Virus record (IMG/VR): IMGVR_UViG_3300025770_000656
Origin: a virus
DNA length: 64,000 nucleotides
Direction: 5' to 3' (one strand)
Shown here: positions 1-8,779 of the stretch, in pieces
Position numbering within the stretch: position 1 is the stretch's first letter
Layout of the letters: every line of letters begins with the position of its first letter
Program-made: the position numbers and the translations under genes
Notes under the pieces: model-generated
Told to the model about the DNA's origin: nothing
Seen by the model: the letters and a program-made list of their open reading frames with translations, nothing else
The model's database searches: none

Positions 1-555
1 AGTATCTGTGCCAAAAAAACTTTTCGTTGCACTACGCAAGAAATTTAAAGTAGCTAAAACATACAAGGCTTCTGTTTCAGTGTTTGCTGTAAATGTGCCA
101 GTGCATGTAATCTGATCAACACTGCTCATTCCATAGCTTTGTGTTTGATAGTTTGCATGTGTGAGTGCATTAGCAGTATAGGCTGCGGAATAACTAACGT
201 TAATATTAGGAGTGTATGGCCAAACAACACCGTCTGTTTGACTTAGTGGTGCTAGCAGGGAGTTACCAGGATCTTTGTAAAAATGAGGTCCAACTCCTGG
301 ACTAAGTGAAAGTTTAGCTCTTATGTCTTTAGCATTAGCAAAACTAACGTTGGCAATATCTTGAGGTGCTTGGCTATTTGCACCTCCAGGAAATAAACTA
401 CTGTTAATTAACCTGTTAGCTTGAGATCCTAAAAACCCACGAGCAATTTTACTGCCAATCCCATCGCCAGGAATAGCTTTGTTTAGCCCTTTATCTACCA
501 GGTTCTCTGTAGCGTCTGCTATCTGCCCAGTTATATTACTAAAATTAAATGCCAT
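1..555 (-). CDS. Conserved virion (baseplate/tail-tube-fold) protein, partial; runs off the left edge
   Basis: Manual translation, not in the ORF track: ATG at 555, open for 185 codons to position 1 (MAFNFSNITG...GVVWPYTPNINVSYSAAY...FTANTETEALYVLATLNFLRSATKSFFG). A late promoter AATAAATA lies on the minus strand at 588-595. The function call is recalled family resemblance only. Confidence 0.7.
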   Translation of the reverse strand, partial: MAFNFSNITGQIADATENLVDKGLNKAIPGDGIGSKIARGFLGSQANRLINSSLFPGGANSQAPQDIANVSFANAKDIRAKLSLSPGVGPHFYKDPGNSLLAPLSQTDGVVWPYTPNINVSYSAAYTANALTHANYQTQSYGMSSVDQITCTGTFTANTETEALYVLATLNFLRSATKSFFGTDT

Positions 556-577
556 AAATATCACTACTCACAATATA

Positions 578-606
578 TTGCTATTTGTATTTATTTGCCG
601 TATAAT
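578..606 (+). promoter_or_regulatory. Sigma70-type promoter upstream of gp55
   Basis: TTGCTA (578-583), 17-nt spacer, TATAAT (601-606). Confidence 0.65.
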
Positions 607-636
607 AGTAGCATATATTAAATAAAGGTGAAACAT

Positions 637-1464
637 ATGCGTAAACGGAATTACCTGAGCAATCATGACTTACTAGAAGAAATACACAAAAGCAAAAGTA
701 CATTTTGCAGTTGGCTTAGTGAAGAAGACCAGCAATTTGACTCAATTTTACCAAATATTGACAAAGTTAATATTAGATCAGTAGCACAAGCAAAACGCAA
801 TCGTGCTGATCGTTTAGCTAAAGCGGCATACAAAGAAGCATACGAGCGCGGAGATAAAGTTAAACAAGCAGAGTTCGCTATTGACTGGAAAAAAATTGAC
901 AAAACTGAGGTTGTTTTTAGAATTATGACATATGATCATGTTCCTTTGCAACCTGGCAGAAAGAAAACAATTAAAACTGTAGCTGATTCTCATGTTCAGT
1001 TAAACTTTCCTCCATTCCAGCACTGGCGTTACACTAGTGATGGCGAGTTAATATGCGTGGGTAAAAGCCACTGGGAAGGTGGGTTAGAAAACGGCTGGTT
1101 TAACAAAGAACACGGCACACTTACAAATAAACTTGTACGTCAATTTATGAAACTTATTCAACGTTATGCTCAGCGTAGCAACTGGCGTTACTATACGTAC
1201 AATGACGAAATGCAGGGCACTGCCCTGCTTAATATGAGTCAGATGTGTTTAAAGTTTGACGAAAGTAAGTCACAAAATCCATTTGCATACTATACCGCAG
1301 TTATTACAAATAGCTTTACTCGTGTACTAAACACAGAGAAAAAAGGTCAAAAGATCAGAGATGATATTTTGGAAGCTAATGGACTTAATCCTAGTTATAC
1401 TAGACAGTATGAAAACGAGGAATCTAAGAATAAAGAGGCAAAAGCGGAGGCAGCTAAAACGTGA
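637..1464 (+). CDS. gp55: T4 gp55-like late-transcription sigma factor
   Basis: C-terminal KFDESKSQNPFAYYTAVITNSFTRVLNTEKK matches the gp55 NPFAYFT motif; YLSNHDLLEEI N-terminus; position just before gp47/46. ATG 637 preferred to GTG 628 because of AAAGGTG upstream. Confidence 0.85.
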   Translation: MRKRNYLSNHDLLEEIHKSKSTFCSWLSEEDQQFDSILPNIDKVNIRSVAQAKRNRADRLAKAAYKEAYERGDKVKQAEFAIDWKKIDKTEVVFRIMTYDHVPLQPGRKKTIKTVADSHVQLNFPPFQHWRYTSDGELICVGKSHWEGGLENGWFNKEHGTLTNKLVRQFMKLIQRYAQRSNWRYYTYNDEMQGTALLNMSQMCLKFDESKSQNPFAYYTAVITNSFTRVLNTEKKGQKIRDDILEANGLNPSYTRQYENEESKNKEAKAEAAKT

Positions 1465-2471
1465 ATCTGTTTAAGAAAGCAATATTCTTTACCGACATAC
1501 ACTTTGGCCTAAAATCAAACAGCAAAATACACAACCAAGATTGTTTAAAATTTATAGACTTTATTATTGAAACAGCAAAGGCTAACGACTGCGAAACCTG
1601 TGTATTTTTAGGAGATTGGCATCACAATCGTGCAAGTTTAAATATTGGTACACTTAACTATAGTGTACAAGCATTTGACAAACTCAGTGAAAACTTTGCT
1701 AGTGTAATATTTTTACCAGGTAATCATGATGAACACTATCGTGATACTCGAGAGTTTAACAGTATTGTGTGGGCCAAGAAGTATGATAATGTTCGACTTT
1801 ATGATGACATTACTTTAGATAACGATGTCTGCGTTATGCCCTGGCTAGTAGGATCTGAATTTGCAAAAGTTCCTAAGATTGAAGCCAAGTACATGTTTGG
1901 TCATTTAGAACTGCCAAACTTTTACATGAACGCAATGGTGCGTATGCCTAACGTTGGTGAACTTAAACGTGAAGACTTAAAATGCGAGACAGTTTTTACT
2001 GGACACTTCCACAAGCGTCAAACAAGCCGCAATATTACATACATAGGAAATGCTTTCCCACACAATTATGCAGACGCTGGTGACGATGATCGCGGATGTA
2101 TGATACTTGAATGGGGAGGCGAGATCGAGTACATTGCATGGCCTGACGCTCCCAAGTACAGACGCTATATGCTCAGTAATATTTTGGAAGACACTGATAG
2201 CCTACTAAAACCTAATATGTATTGTCGTGTGGAACTTGACGTTGATATCAGTTACGAAGAAGCAAACTTTATTAAGGAAACACTGGTACCAGAATTTAAA
2301 CTACGTGAGCTTAGTCTTATTCCAAGAGTAGGAGTTGAAGATCATGCTCAGAGTTTTGAAGGAGAAGTTAACTTTGAAAGTGTGGATAGTATTGTTACAT
2401 CACACTTAACACAGTTAGATAGTCCTCAGTATGACAAAAACTTAATGTTGGATATCTACAGGAATCTATAA
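1461..2471 (+). CDS. gp47: Recombination endonuclease subunit (Mre11/SbcD-like)
   Basis: Metallophosphoesterase motifs TDIHFG, LGDWHH, PGNHD, GHL and GHFH. Confidence 0.95.
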   Translation: MNLFKKAIFFTDIHFGLKSNSKIHNQDCLKFIDFIIETAKANDCETCVFLGDWHHNRASLNIGTLNYSVQAFDKLSENFASVIFLPGNHDEHYRDTREFNSIVWAKKYDNVRLYDDITLDNDVCVMPWLVGSEFAKVPKIEAKYMFGHLELPNFYMNAMVRMPNVGELKREDLKCETVFTGHFHKRQTSRNITYIGNAFPHNYADAGDDDRGCMILEWGGEIEYIAWPDAPKYRRYMLSNILEDTDSLLKPNMYCRVELDVDISYEEANFIKETLVPEFKLRELSLIPRVGVEDHAQSFEGEVNFESVDSIVTSHLTQLDSPQYDKNLMLDIYRNL

Positions 2472-2472
2472 A

Positions 2473-3186
2473 ATGCTTTGGGCTACTGGTTGCAGTCACA
2501 CATACGGTGACGACCTACAAGACAAATCGTCTGCTTGGCCATATTTGTTGGCAAAAAAACTTGGCATGAGTTGCAATAATAATGCAGTACCAGGAGGCAG
2601 TAATGAAAGAATATTGTATGAATCAGTTAAATTTAATACATGCGAACTTGTGGTAGTTGCTTGGACATACAAAGAAAGATTTACTAGATACGATAATTTA
2701 AACAACTTTCAAATAAATTTTAACCCTAGTTTAGCTCATACTGAGTATAGTGACCTGTATTATTTTAATCAATACGGAAAATTACACTATGCACATTGGT
2801 CTAATACTTTGTATGAGTTTAAAATTTGGCTACAACAAATAATAGTTCTACAGAAGTACTTTGAATCTAAGTCACAAAGATACTTAATGTTAAATGCTGC
2901 ACAAAATAACTACAATGCATTTGCATCATCCTGGTTAGAGTTTAACAATAATATTAAAGACCTAGTATGCTTTGATGTTATGAATGACGAGGAACTATAC
3001 CAAGAACATATAGAGATACAAAAATATATCGATGAAATTAATATGAAATGCTACTATAGTATTAATAATTTTCATATAACTGATCTTCATAATGTATATC
3101 CTGTTGGCAAAACTGGACATTTACTTGATGAAGGGCATCAACATCTGGCAAATAGGCTGTACGATTGTTTAAACTTAACACACTAA
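2473..3186 (+). CDS. SGNH-hydrolase-like protein
   Basis: GCSHTYG (block I), PGGSNERI (block II), VVAWT (block III) and C-terminal GHLLDEGH. Confidence 0.65.
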   Translation: MLWATGCSHTYGDDLQDKSSAWPYLLAKKLGMSCNNNAVPGGSNERILYESVKFNTCELVVVAWTYKERFTRYDNLNNFQINFNPSLAHTEYSDLYYFNQYGKLHYAHWSNTLYEFKIWLQQIIVLQKYFESKSQRYLMLNAAQNNYNAFASSWLEFNNNIKDLVCFDVMNDEELYQEHIEIQKYIDEINMKCYYSINNFHITDLHNVYPVGKTGHLLDEGHQHLANRLYDCLNLTH

Positions 3187-3198
3187 CAGTAAAAAAAG

Positions 3199-3230
3199 GT
3201 AAATACATTATAAGAAGGGGAACTTATAAT
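3199..3230 (+). promoter_or_regulatory. Late promoter plus RBS-enclosing hairpin of the HNH gene
   Basis: GTAAATA at 3199-3205. Perfect 8-bp stem ATTATAAG (3207-3214)/CTTATAAT (3223-3230); the loop AAGGGGAA is the SD and the stem includes the AT of ATG 3229. Confidence 0.65.
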
Positions 3231-3804
3231 GTCTCGAATATATTCAAAACAAGAAATACAGATGCTTGAAAACACAGATCTATCCGCTAAATGTATTGGG
3301 GATCGATTAAACATATGTGCTGAGACTGTATATCGTTATAGACGGAAAAACGGTATAAAGACTGTTTATGCTAAACCTAATAGAAAACCAACTAGATCAA
3401 ATAGGGAAACTAGAACGTGTTGTAGGGATGAATGTGATAATACGTTTACAGTGATTAAATCACATAAAAAACGATATTGTTCTCGTTCATGTTTTTTTAT
3501 TGAAAATAATCCCGCACATAATGGAAAGCCAAGGTCAATACGCAATCCTGACAGGACCGAGTATAAAAGATATGCTGGTCAAGTTCACTTGATGAGCCAA
3601 AAGGTATACGAAGAGAATATTGATATTATAAACCCAAAATGTTATAATAGGGCAGTAGCCGGAACTAAAGGCGGTTGGCAGTTAGACCATATTAGAACTA
3701 TCAAAGAATGTTTTGAACAAGGCGTGTCTATAGAACAAGCGTCTTCTTTAGAAAATTTAAGAATGTTGCCTTGGAAAGAAAATTTGAAAAGGAATAAAAA
3801 ATGA
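3229..3804 (+). mobile_element. Free-standing HNH-type homing endonuclease gene
   Basis: N-terminal HTH-like region, Cys cluster (CCRDEC...YCSRSC) and C-terminal WQLDHI...ENLRMLPWKEN nuclease motif; inserted between gp47 and gp46. Confidence 0.75.
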
Positions 3805-5558
3805 GTTTTTATCTGAAAACTCTCACAGTAAAGAACTTCATGAGCGTGGGCAATCAAACTCAGGCTATCGACTTTGACCGTAAAGACTTAACTCTTGTAC
3901 TTGGTGAAAATTTAGATCAAGGAGGTGACGACTCAGGAGCCAGAAATGGCACGGGTAAAACCACAATCATTAATGCACTTAGTTATGCTCTTTACGGTCA
4001 AGCGTTAACTAGTATTAAGCGTGACAACTTAATTAACAAAACCAATGGTAAAAATATGGTTACTACTGTTGATTTTGAATTACACGGTATTAAATATCAC
4101 ATAGAGCGTGGGCGTAGACCCAACGTACTTAAACTAGTAGTTGGAGAAGGCGAGACAGAAGAGCAACAGGGAGATAGCAGAGAAACACAACATGCTATTG
4201 AAAAAATGCTGGGCATGAGTCATGAAATGTTCAAGCATCTTGTAGCTCTTAACACATATACGCAACCATTTTTAAGTTTAAGTGCTAATGATCAGCGGGA
4301 CATTATCGAACAAATGCTGGGCATTACTATGCTCAGTGAAAAAGCTGAAAACCTTAAAGAACAAACTAAACAAACCAGAGACTTAATTACTGAAGAAGAG
4401 TTTCGTATCAAAGCAGTTCAAGAAGCTAATGAAAAAATACAAGAACAAATTGAAGCTATGCAAAGACGGCAACGACTGTGGACTACTAAGTTAAGCGAAG
4501 AAGTAGTTAAACTTGAACAAGCTATAGATGATTTAAGTCATGTTAACATTGAAGATGAGATAGAGTTGCATGCAGAGCTAAGTGCATGGAACACTAAAAA
4601 ATCTGTACAGGATCAATTACAAAAAGACATTGCTCAACTAGATGCACAATTTAGTAGAGCCGAGCGTGATGTTAAAAACGCTACAAAAGCCCTGGAAGGG
4701 TGGCAAGACGGTGTATGTCATAGTTGTAATCAAAGTATTACACATTTAGATAGTCATAAACAGCATATAGCTGATGCGGAGAAAGATTACAATGACGCAA
4801 ATAATTTCTTTAGAGAATTACAGACAGCAAAAGAGGAACTTGTCAGTCAACAGGAAACCTTACCCACTCCACCTAAAACTTTTTATGACGATGTCAATGA
4901 AGCTCACGGACACAAATCTTCCCTTGCAACGTTGGAATCACAGTTACAAGGTAAACAAAGTGAAAGTGACCCTTATGCCGAGCAAATTGACGACATGCAA
5001 AACGCCGCCGTCAAAGAAGTAGACTGGGATACTATTAATAAACTTAACAGCGTCAAAGATCATCAGGAGTTCTTGTTTAAACTGTTAACTAACAAAGACA
5101 GTTTTATACGTAAACGTATTATTGAACAAAACTTGAGCTTCCTTAATGCTAGGTTAACATTTTACTTGGGTAAAATGGGATTGCCACACTCAGTACAGTT
5201 TATGAACGATCTTGGCGTTGAAATACAGGAACTTGGCAGAGATTTGGACTTTGACAACTTGAGCAGAGGCGAACGTAACAGACTTATACTGTCACTGAGC
5301 TGGGCTTTTAGAGATGTCTGGGAAAGTTTGTATCATCCTATTAACCTATTGTTCATTGACGAGGTTGTGGACAGCGGCATGGATGCTAGCGGTGTTGATG
5401 CGGCACTTGCAAGTTTAAAGAAAATGAGCAGAGATAGGAATAAAAGTGTATGGCTTGTTAGTCATAAGGATGAACTAGCAGGGCGTGTTAATAATATACT
5501 TAAAGTTGTAAAAGAAAATGGATACACAAGTTACGATACGGATATAGAAGTTGTTTAA
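3801..5558 (+). CDS. gp46: Recombination endonuclease ATPase subunit (Rad50/SbcC-like)
   Basis: Walker A NGTGKTT, zinc hook CHSC, signature LSRGE, Walker B LLFIDE and SH motif. Confidence 0.97.
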   Translation: MSFYLKTLTVKNFMSVGNQTQAIDFDRKDLTLVLGENLDQGGDDSGARNGTGKTTIINALSYALYGQALTSIKRDNLINKTNGKNMVTTVDFELHGIKYHIERGRRPNVLKLVVGEGETEEQQGDSRETQHAIEKMLGMSHEMFKHLVALNTYTQPFLSLSANDQRDIIEQMLGITMLSEKAENLKEQTKQTRDLITEEEFRIKAVQEANEKIQEQIEAMQRRQRLWTTKLSEEVVKLEQAIDDLSHVNIEDEIELHAELSAWNTKKSVQDQLQKDIAQLDAQFSRAERDVKNATKALEGWQDGVCHSCNQSITHLDSHKQHIADAEKDYNDANNFFRELQTAKEELVSQQETLPTPPKTFYDDVNEAHGHKSSLATLESQLQGKQSESDPYAEQIDDMQNAAVKEVDWDTINKLNSVKDHQEFLFKLLTNKDSFIRKRIIEQNLSFLNARLTFYLGKMGLPHSVQFMNDLGVEIQELGRDLDFDNLSRGERNRLILSLSWAFRDVWESLYHPINLLFIDEVVDSGMDASGVDAALASLKKMSRDRNKSVWLVSHKDELAGRVNNILKVVKENGYTSYDTDIEVV

Positions 5559-7260
5559 CAACATAAAAGAATATCAGTTAGAAATCACAACATACTGCAA
5601 TGCTGCATGTCCACAATGCCCAAGAAACTTGAATGGAGGCAGTGTTAATCCATATATGCCTTTATGCCATCTGGATGCAGGTATTATTGATCGAAGATTT
5701 ACTAGAGAAGTATGTAAAGGGCTAAGCCAAATATTCTTTTGTGGAAGCTATGGTGATCCTATTGTTCATTCAGATTTTTTAGAAATCGTTAGAGATTTTA
5801 GACTTAAGAACCCTGAACTATGGATATACATTCACACCAATGGTGGTTTACATGATGCAGAATGGTGGGTTGAATTAGCGACTATTATCAATGGTTATGG
5901 CAAAATTGATTTTGGTATTGATGGATTAGAAGATACAAACCATTTATATAGGCGTAACGTAAAATTTGAAAAAGCTATTAACAATGCACAAGCATTTATA
6001 AATGCAGGTGGCAAAGCACAGTGGAACTACATTGTATTCAAACATAATGAACACCAAATTAACCAAGCTAAAACACTCAGCACACTTGTAGGTTTTGAAG
6101 ATATATTATTCAGAGGTACTGGTAGATTTTTAGATCATGAAAACTTAGAACAGAATGATGCATGGAGCGTAGTACCACAAAAAGATGATCCATATGAATT
6201 AAACGTTACTACATTAAGTGAATATCATAATGCAAGTATGCAACGTTTAGATAGTTTAAAACAAGAATACCCAAATATGCGTGACTATTTTAATACAACA
6301 CCTATTAAGTGTGACGCATGTATAGGTAGCAAAGTTGTTATTACAGCAGAAGGTTTAGTTCTTCCTTGTAACTTCTTTGAACACAATTTATATGATGCAC
6401 GATTCCATGATAGATCAATAGCGCCTGGAGCAAATGATTTACATTTTGTAGATGGTAAAAATCAAGTTAGCGAGTTTGTAAACAAATACAAAGATGAATT
6501 GAATATTCACAATCATACATTAGAAGAGATTATGTCCAGTAAATTTTGGACTGAACTAGTAGATAGTTGGAGCAAACCTCTAGGTGAAGGCAGAATATTT
6601 GAATGTGCATTTACGTGTGGTCAAAAACTAACAAAGGTATGGGATCAAAATAAGAAAGTGACAAGCACTTATAGGTATTATATAACAGGGAATAATAGAG
6701 GATTAGGACTAGCATTAACAGATCGATTTAATGCAGATGGTTGTAGTAGGGAAACTGGATTAGATATCACAAAAGATATTGACAAGATTGTTGAAGATAC
6801 TATACACTATGATGTCTTTATTAATAATGCATTTGATGGTCCTCCTGATACGGAATGGGCAAATTATGCACAGGTAAATTTGCTTCAAGCAGTATATAAA
6901 CGATGGAAAGAATTAGGTAAGGTAGGATGGATTTTTAATATTGGCAGTGTTAGTGAAAAGGCAATTGTCGCTCCAGAACCTGAGTTTGAAACATATAGAG
7001 TAAGTAAAGCGGCTCTTGCTCATGCAAGCAAACAATGCACACAAGCATATAAAGAAGGATTGGTAAAATTTAAGACTACCTTAATTACTCCTGATAGGTT
7101 AGACACACCATTAAGTAGAAGTAGAGATAGTTGGACAGGCTCTGCTGTGGACTGTTCACATATAGCAGATTTTATTAATTGGTGTATTACAATCAGAGAT
7201 GCGACTGTTATTGAAGAAATTTCACTTTTTGCTAATCTAAATGACAGTGATAATATATAA
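5551..7260 (+). CDS. Radical SAM (SPASM/twitch-like) protein fused to a C-terminal SDR-like domain
   Basis: CNAACPQC (CxxxCxxC), GSYGDP and TNG motifs, auxiliary Cys (KCDAC...LPCNF...ECAFTC); C-terminal ITGNNRGLG, FINNA and YRVSK (YxxxK). TTG start overlaps the gp46 end. Confidence 0.85.
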   Translation: MFNNIKEYQLEITTYCNAACPQCPRNLNGGSVNPYMPLCHLDAGIIDRRFTREVCKGLSQIFFCGSYGDPIVHSDFLEIVRDFRLKNPELWIYIHTNGGLHDAEWWVELATIINGYGKIDFGIDGLEDTNHLYRRNVKFEKAINNAQAFINAGGKAQWNYIVFKHNEHQINQAKTLSTLVGFEDILFRGTGRFLDHENLEQNDAWSVVPQKDDPYELNVTTLSEYHNASMQRLDSLKQEYPNMRDYFNTTPIKCDACIGSKVVITAEGLVLPCNFFEHNLYDARFHDRSIAPGANDLHFVDGKNQVSEFVNKYKDELNIHNHTLEEIMSSKFWTELVDSWSKPLGEGRIFECAFTCGQKLTKVWDQNKKVTSTYRYYITGNNRGLGLALTDRFNADGCSRETGLDITKDIDKIVEDTIHYDVFINNAFDGPPDTEWANYAQVNLLQAVYKRWKELGKVGWIFNIGSVSEKAIVAPEPEFETYRVSKAALAHASKQCTQAYKEGLVKFKTTLITPDRLDTPLSRSRDSWTGSAVDCSHIADFINWCITIRDATVIEEISLFANLNDSDNI

Positions 7261-7265
7261 TATAT

Positions 7266-7373
7266 ATGACATGGCTATACAAGGATGAACTAGCCGGCAG
7301 GGTTAATAATATACTAAAAGTTGTCAAGGAAAATGGATACACAAGTTACGATACGAATGTGGAACTAGTATGA
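7266..7373 (+). pseudogene. 35-aa chimeric mini-ORF or recombination scar: novel start (MTWLY) joined to a diverged copy of the gp46 C-terminus
   Basis: Translates MTWLYKDELAGRVNNILKVVKENGYTSYDTNVELV*. Bases 7281-7373 align without gaps to gp46 5466-5558 (KDELAGRVNNILKVVKENGYTSYDTDIEVV*), with mostly synonymous changes. Confidence 0.85.
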
Positions 7374-8236
7374 ACAGAGAAATAAAAGTATTACATTTGG
7401 AAAGCACCAACGTATGCCAAGCGGCATGCCCGTTATGTGCTCGTGAAACCAATCTAGTTTTTAACAAAAACATAAAGAATCATTTACGTATTGATCAGTT
7501 GCTAGAGAATTTTGACGACAATGCTATTGCTAAATTAGACAAGGTGTTTATGTGTGGTAATTATGGTGACCCAGTTGCTGGGAAAAATACATTAGACATT
7601 CTTAAATATGTTCGTAATATTAATCCTAGTATAACACTTGGTATTAACACAAACGGTGCATTGCAGACCACTGCATGGTGGTCTGAAGTAGGTAAGTTAT
7701 TTAATAACCCTACTGATTATGTGGTGTTTAGCATTGACGGACTAGAAGACACAAATTCTATATATCGCGTAAACGTTATATGGGAAAAAGTTATGAACAA
7801 TGCCAGAGCATTTATTAACGCTGGCGGAAGTGCTCACTGGGATATGTTGGTTTACAAGCACAACCAACATCAAGTTGAATCTGCAGAGCAGCTATCCCGT
7901 GACATGGGGTTCTCATGGTTTCGGGCTAAAGTATCAAAAAGAACCCCTATTGCTGGATTAGAACAGCCTGATGATTGGGCTGATCCATTGCCAAATACTG
8001 GCCCAATTAAATGCCATGTTTTAAATGAACAGAGTGCATATATTGACGCACAGGGCAGATTATATCCTTGTTGCTGGCTAGGAAATAGCTTAGATGTTTT
8101 AATTAGTGATATCAGTGAAGTAGAAAAAACCTGGAATACAGATAATCCAAATCCTACATGTAAAGAGGCATGTTCTACTAGTAACTCTATTAGTAGATTT
8201 AAAGATCAGTGGAGAAAAGAAATACAACTCAAATGA
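7370..8236 (+). CDS. Radical SAM (SPASM/twitch-like) protein
   Basis: CQAACPLC, GNYGDP, NTNG, FSIDG and YPCCW motifs; paralogue of the N-terminal part of 5551-7260. Confidence 0.9.
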   Translation: MNREIKVLHLESTNVCQAACPLCARETNLVFNKNIKNHLRIDQLLENFDDNAIAKLDKVFMCGNYGDPVAGKNTLDILKYVRNINPSITLGINTNGALQTTAWWSEVGKLFNNPTDYVVFSIDGLEDTNSIYRVNVIWEKVMNNARAFINAGGSAHWDMLVYKHNQHQVESAEQLSRDMGFSWFRAKVSKRTPIAGLEQPDDWADPLPNTGPIKCHVLNEQSAYIDAQGRLYPCCWLGNSLDVLISDISEVEKTWNTDNPNPTCKEACSTSNSISRFKDQWRKEIQLK

Positions 8237-8282
8237 TTCACATTCAAGCAATTAAGAATTAATAAGGTATATATATTAGACG

Positions 8283-8738
8283 ATGACAAACTGGATAAAG
8301 TCTGACGGCGTATCACTAAACGAAATTACAGTATTGCCTGAAGACTGTGTAGGTTTTGTATATCTTATTACTAATACAGAATCAGGCAAAAGATATATCG
8401 GAAAAAAACTTGCAAAATTTGCAAAAACCAAGTATCGTATAGTTAAGTTAAAGAATGGCACAAAGAAAAGAAAAAAAATAAAAGAGAAAATAGATTCAGA
8501 TTGGCAAACATATTATGGATCGTCAAACGAATTAACGGCAGACATCGAAGCACTCGGCAAAAGCTGCTTTAAACGTGAAATACTCTTCTATTGTTATAGC
8601 AAGGCAGAGTGTAGCTACGTTGAAGCAAGAGAACAGTTTAGGCACAAAGTATTAGAATCAGACGAATATTATAATGGACAAATAAGAGTTAGAGTCCATC
8701 AAAGTCAACACGTCATCAATGAATCAAATCAAGACTAA
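8283..8738 (+). CDS. Small GIY-YIG nuclease
   Basis: GFVYLITN...KRYIGKK motif, Lys-rich insertion, YYGSS, REIL and YNG; no C-terminal NUMOD/HTH domain is apparent. Confidence 0.85.
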   Translation: MTNWIKSDGVSLNEITVLPEDCVGFVYLITNTESGKRYIGKKLAKFAKTKYRIVKLKNGTKKRKKIKEKIDSDWQTYYGSSNELTADIEALGKSCFKREILFYCYSKAECSYVEAREQFRHKVLESDEYYNGQIRVRVHQSQHVINESNQD

Positions 8739-8779
8739 ACAGGCCCATACAGAACCCTCATAATTAGCAATAAAGATTG

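Noticed and set aside
4774-5022. +1-frame ORF inside gp46 (MTQIISLENYRQQK..., with GGAG 10 nt before ATG 4792)
   Set aside because: The start looks protein-like, but it fully overlaps the conserved coiled coil, the rest has no recognisable features, and chance is sufficient. Ribosome profiling or dN/dS analysis would be needed.
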